Assembly (NCBI GenBank): GCA_026770705.1 | Contig: JANJGN010000071.1 | Coordinates: forward strand, 1,178,001-1,242,000 | Reading direction: 5' to 3' | Origin: Isurus oxyrinchus | Lineage: Eukaryota | DNA: 64,000 nt | Shown: piece after piece, positions 63,379 to 64,000 of the stretch | Position numbering within the stretch: position 1 is the first letter of the stretch | Layout of the letters: each line of letters starts with the position of its first letter | Notes under the pieces: generated by a model | Told to the model about the DNA's origin: nothing | The model's input: only the letters and a program-made list of their open reading frames with translations | Databases searched by the model: none | Translations under genes and position numbers: made by a program

Positions 63379-64000
63379 AGGTCCAGTGGGAGGCGATGCT
63401 GGACATGGGAACCCTGACAATCCCGCCGACCTTCTCTACGCCAATCCCCAAGTCTTCAGGGTGCCCAGTGGTGATGGGTCTGTCCACCGGGAAGAGAAGA
63501 CGGAATACGCACAGATCAGATTCAAGTGAAATTGAGTGTGAAACGGGGAGAGGGGGTGAGGAGGTTTGTGGGTGTGGCCAGGGATTATGATTCCTTGGAA
63601 CATGAGGCAACCCACTGGGGGAGAGGGGGAGAGAGGGAGGAAGGGACTGAATGGGTCTGTGGTTGGTGAGGTTTGGAATGAAATGTTTCCCCAGTAATGA
63701 CTTGATGCTGAGTCATTGGGGACAGAGATTCAGTGTCTCTCTCTCTGTCCCTGTCTCTCTATCTCTTTCTGTGTCTCTCTCACTCTGCTTCTCTGTCTAT
63801 CGCTCTCTCTCTCTCCTCATTTAACATGGTCCTTATAAACTGGCTTTGTTAACTCAGCTTTTTGTCACCTGTCCCTAATATCTCATTATGTGTCTCAGAG
63901 AAGGATTTATATGTGGTTAGCAATCCCCTAAAGGGTTTTGGCACAGTTTGCTACATTAAAGGTGCTATGTTAATGCAAGTTGTTGTAGTATCTTGGACCT

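Overview
Eukaryotic, intron-rich vertebrate DNA. The repeat content (CR1-type LINEs, Deu-domain-like SINEs, a Penelope element, the 33-bp CAGTACTGAGGGAGTGCTGCACTG satellite) points to a cartilaginous fish (shark); that assignment is an inference. The supplied ORFs are mostly repeat artefacts, so genes were rebuilt by hand from GT-AG exons. The window is a birth-and-death cluster of Siglec-like (sialic-acid-binding Ig-lectin) receptor genes. Plus strand: two CD33-architecture genes (non-coding exon 1, leader, V-set with the essential Arg, one C2-set, TM, two cytoplasmic exons). Gene B (20.6-28.2 kb) has an ITIM+ITSM tail but a mutated C2 splice donor. Gene C (52.9-63.4 kb) has an intact ectodomain, but a 2-nt deletion stops the tail before both tyrosines. 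Between them lie two orphan tail modules (46.2 kb; 47.6/49.1 kb) with a degenerate ITIM. Minus strand: a 5'-truncated multi-C2, CD22-like gene D (18.2-6.7 kb) with a different YxN-rich tail, and pseudogene A (2.7-0.5 kb, continuing off the left edge). The strand switch at about 18.2-19.0 kb looks like a rearrangement breakpoint. No RNA genes or CRISPR arrays were found. N runs could hide sequence.
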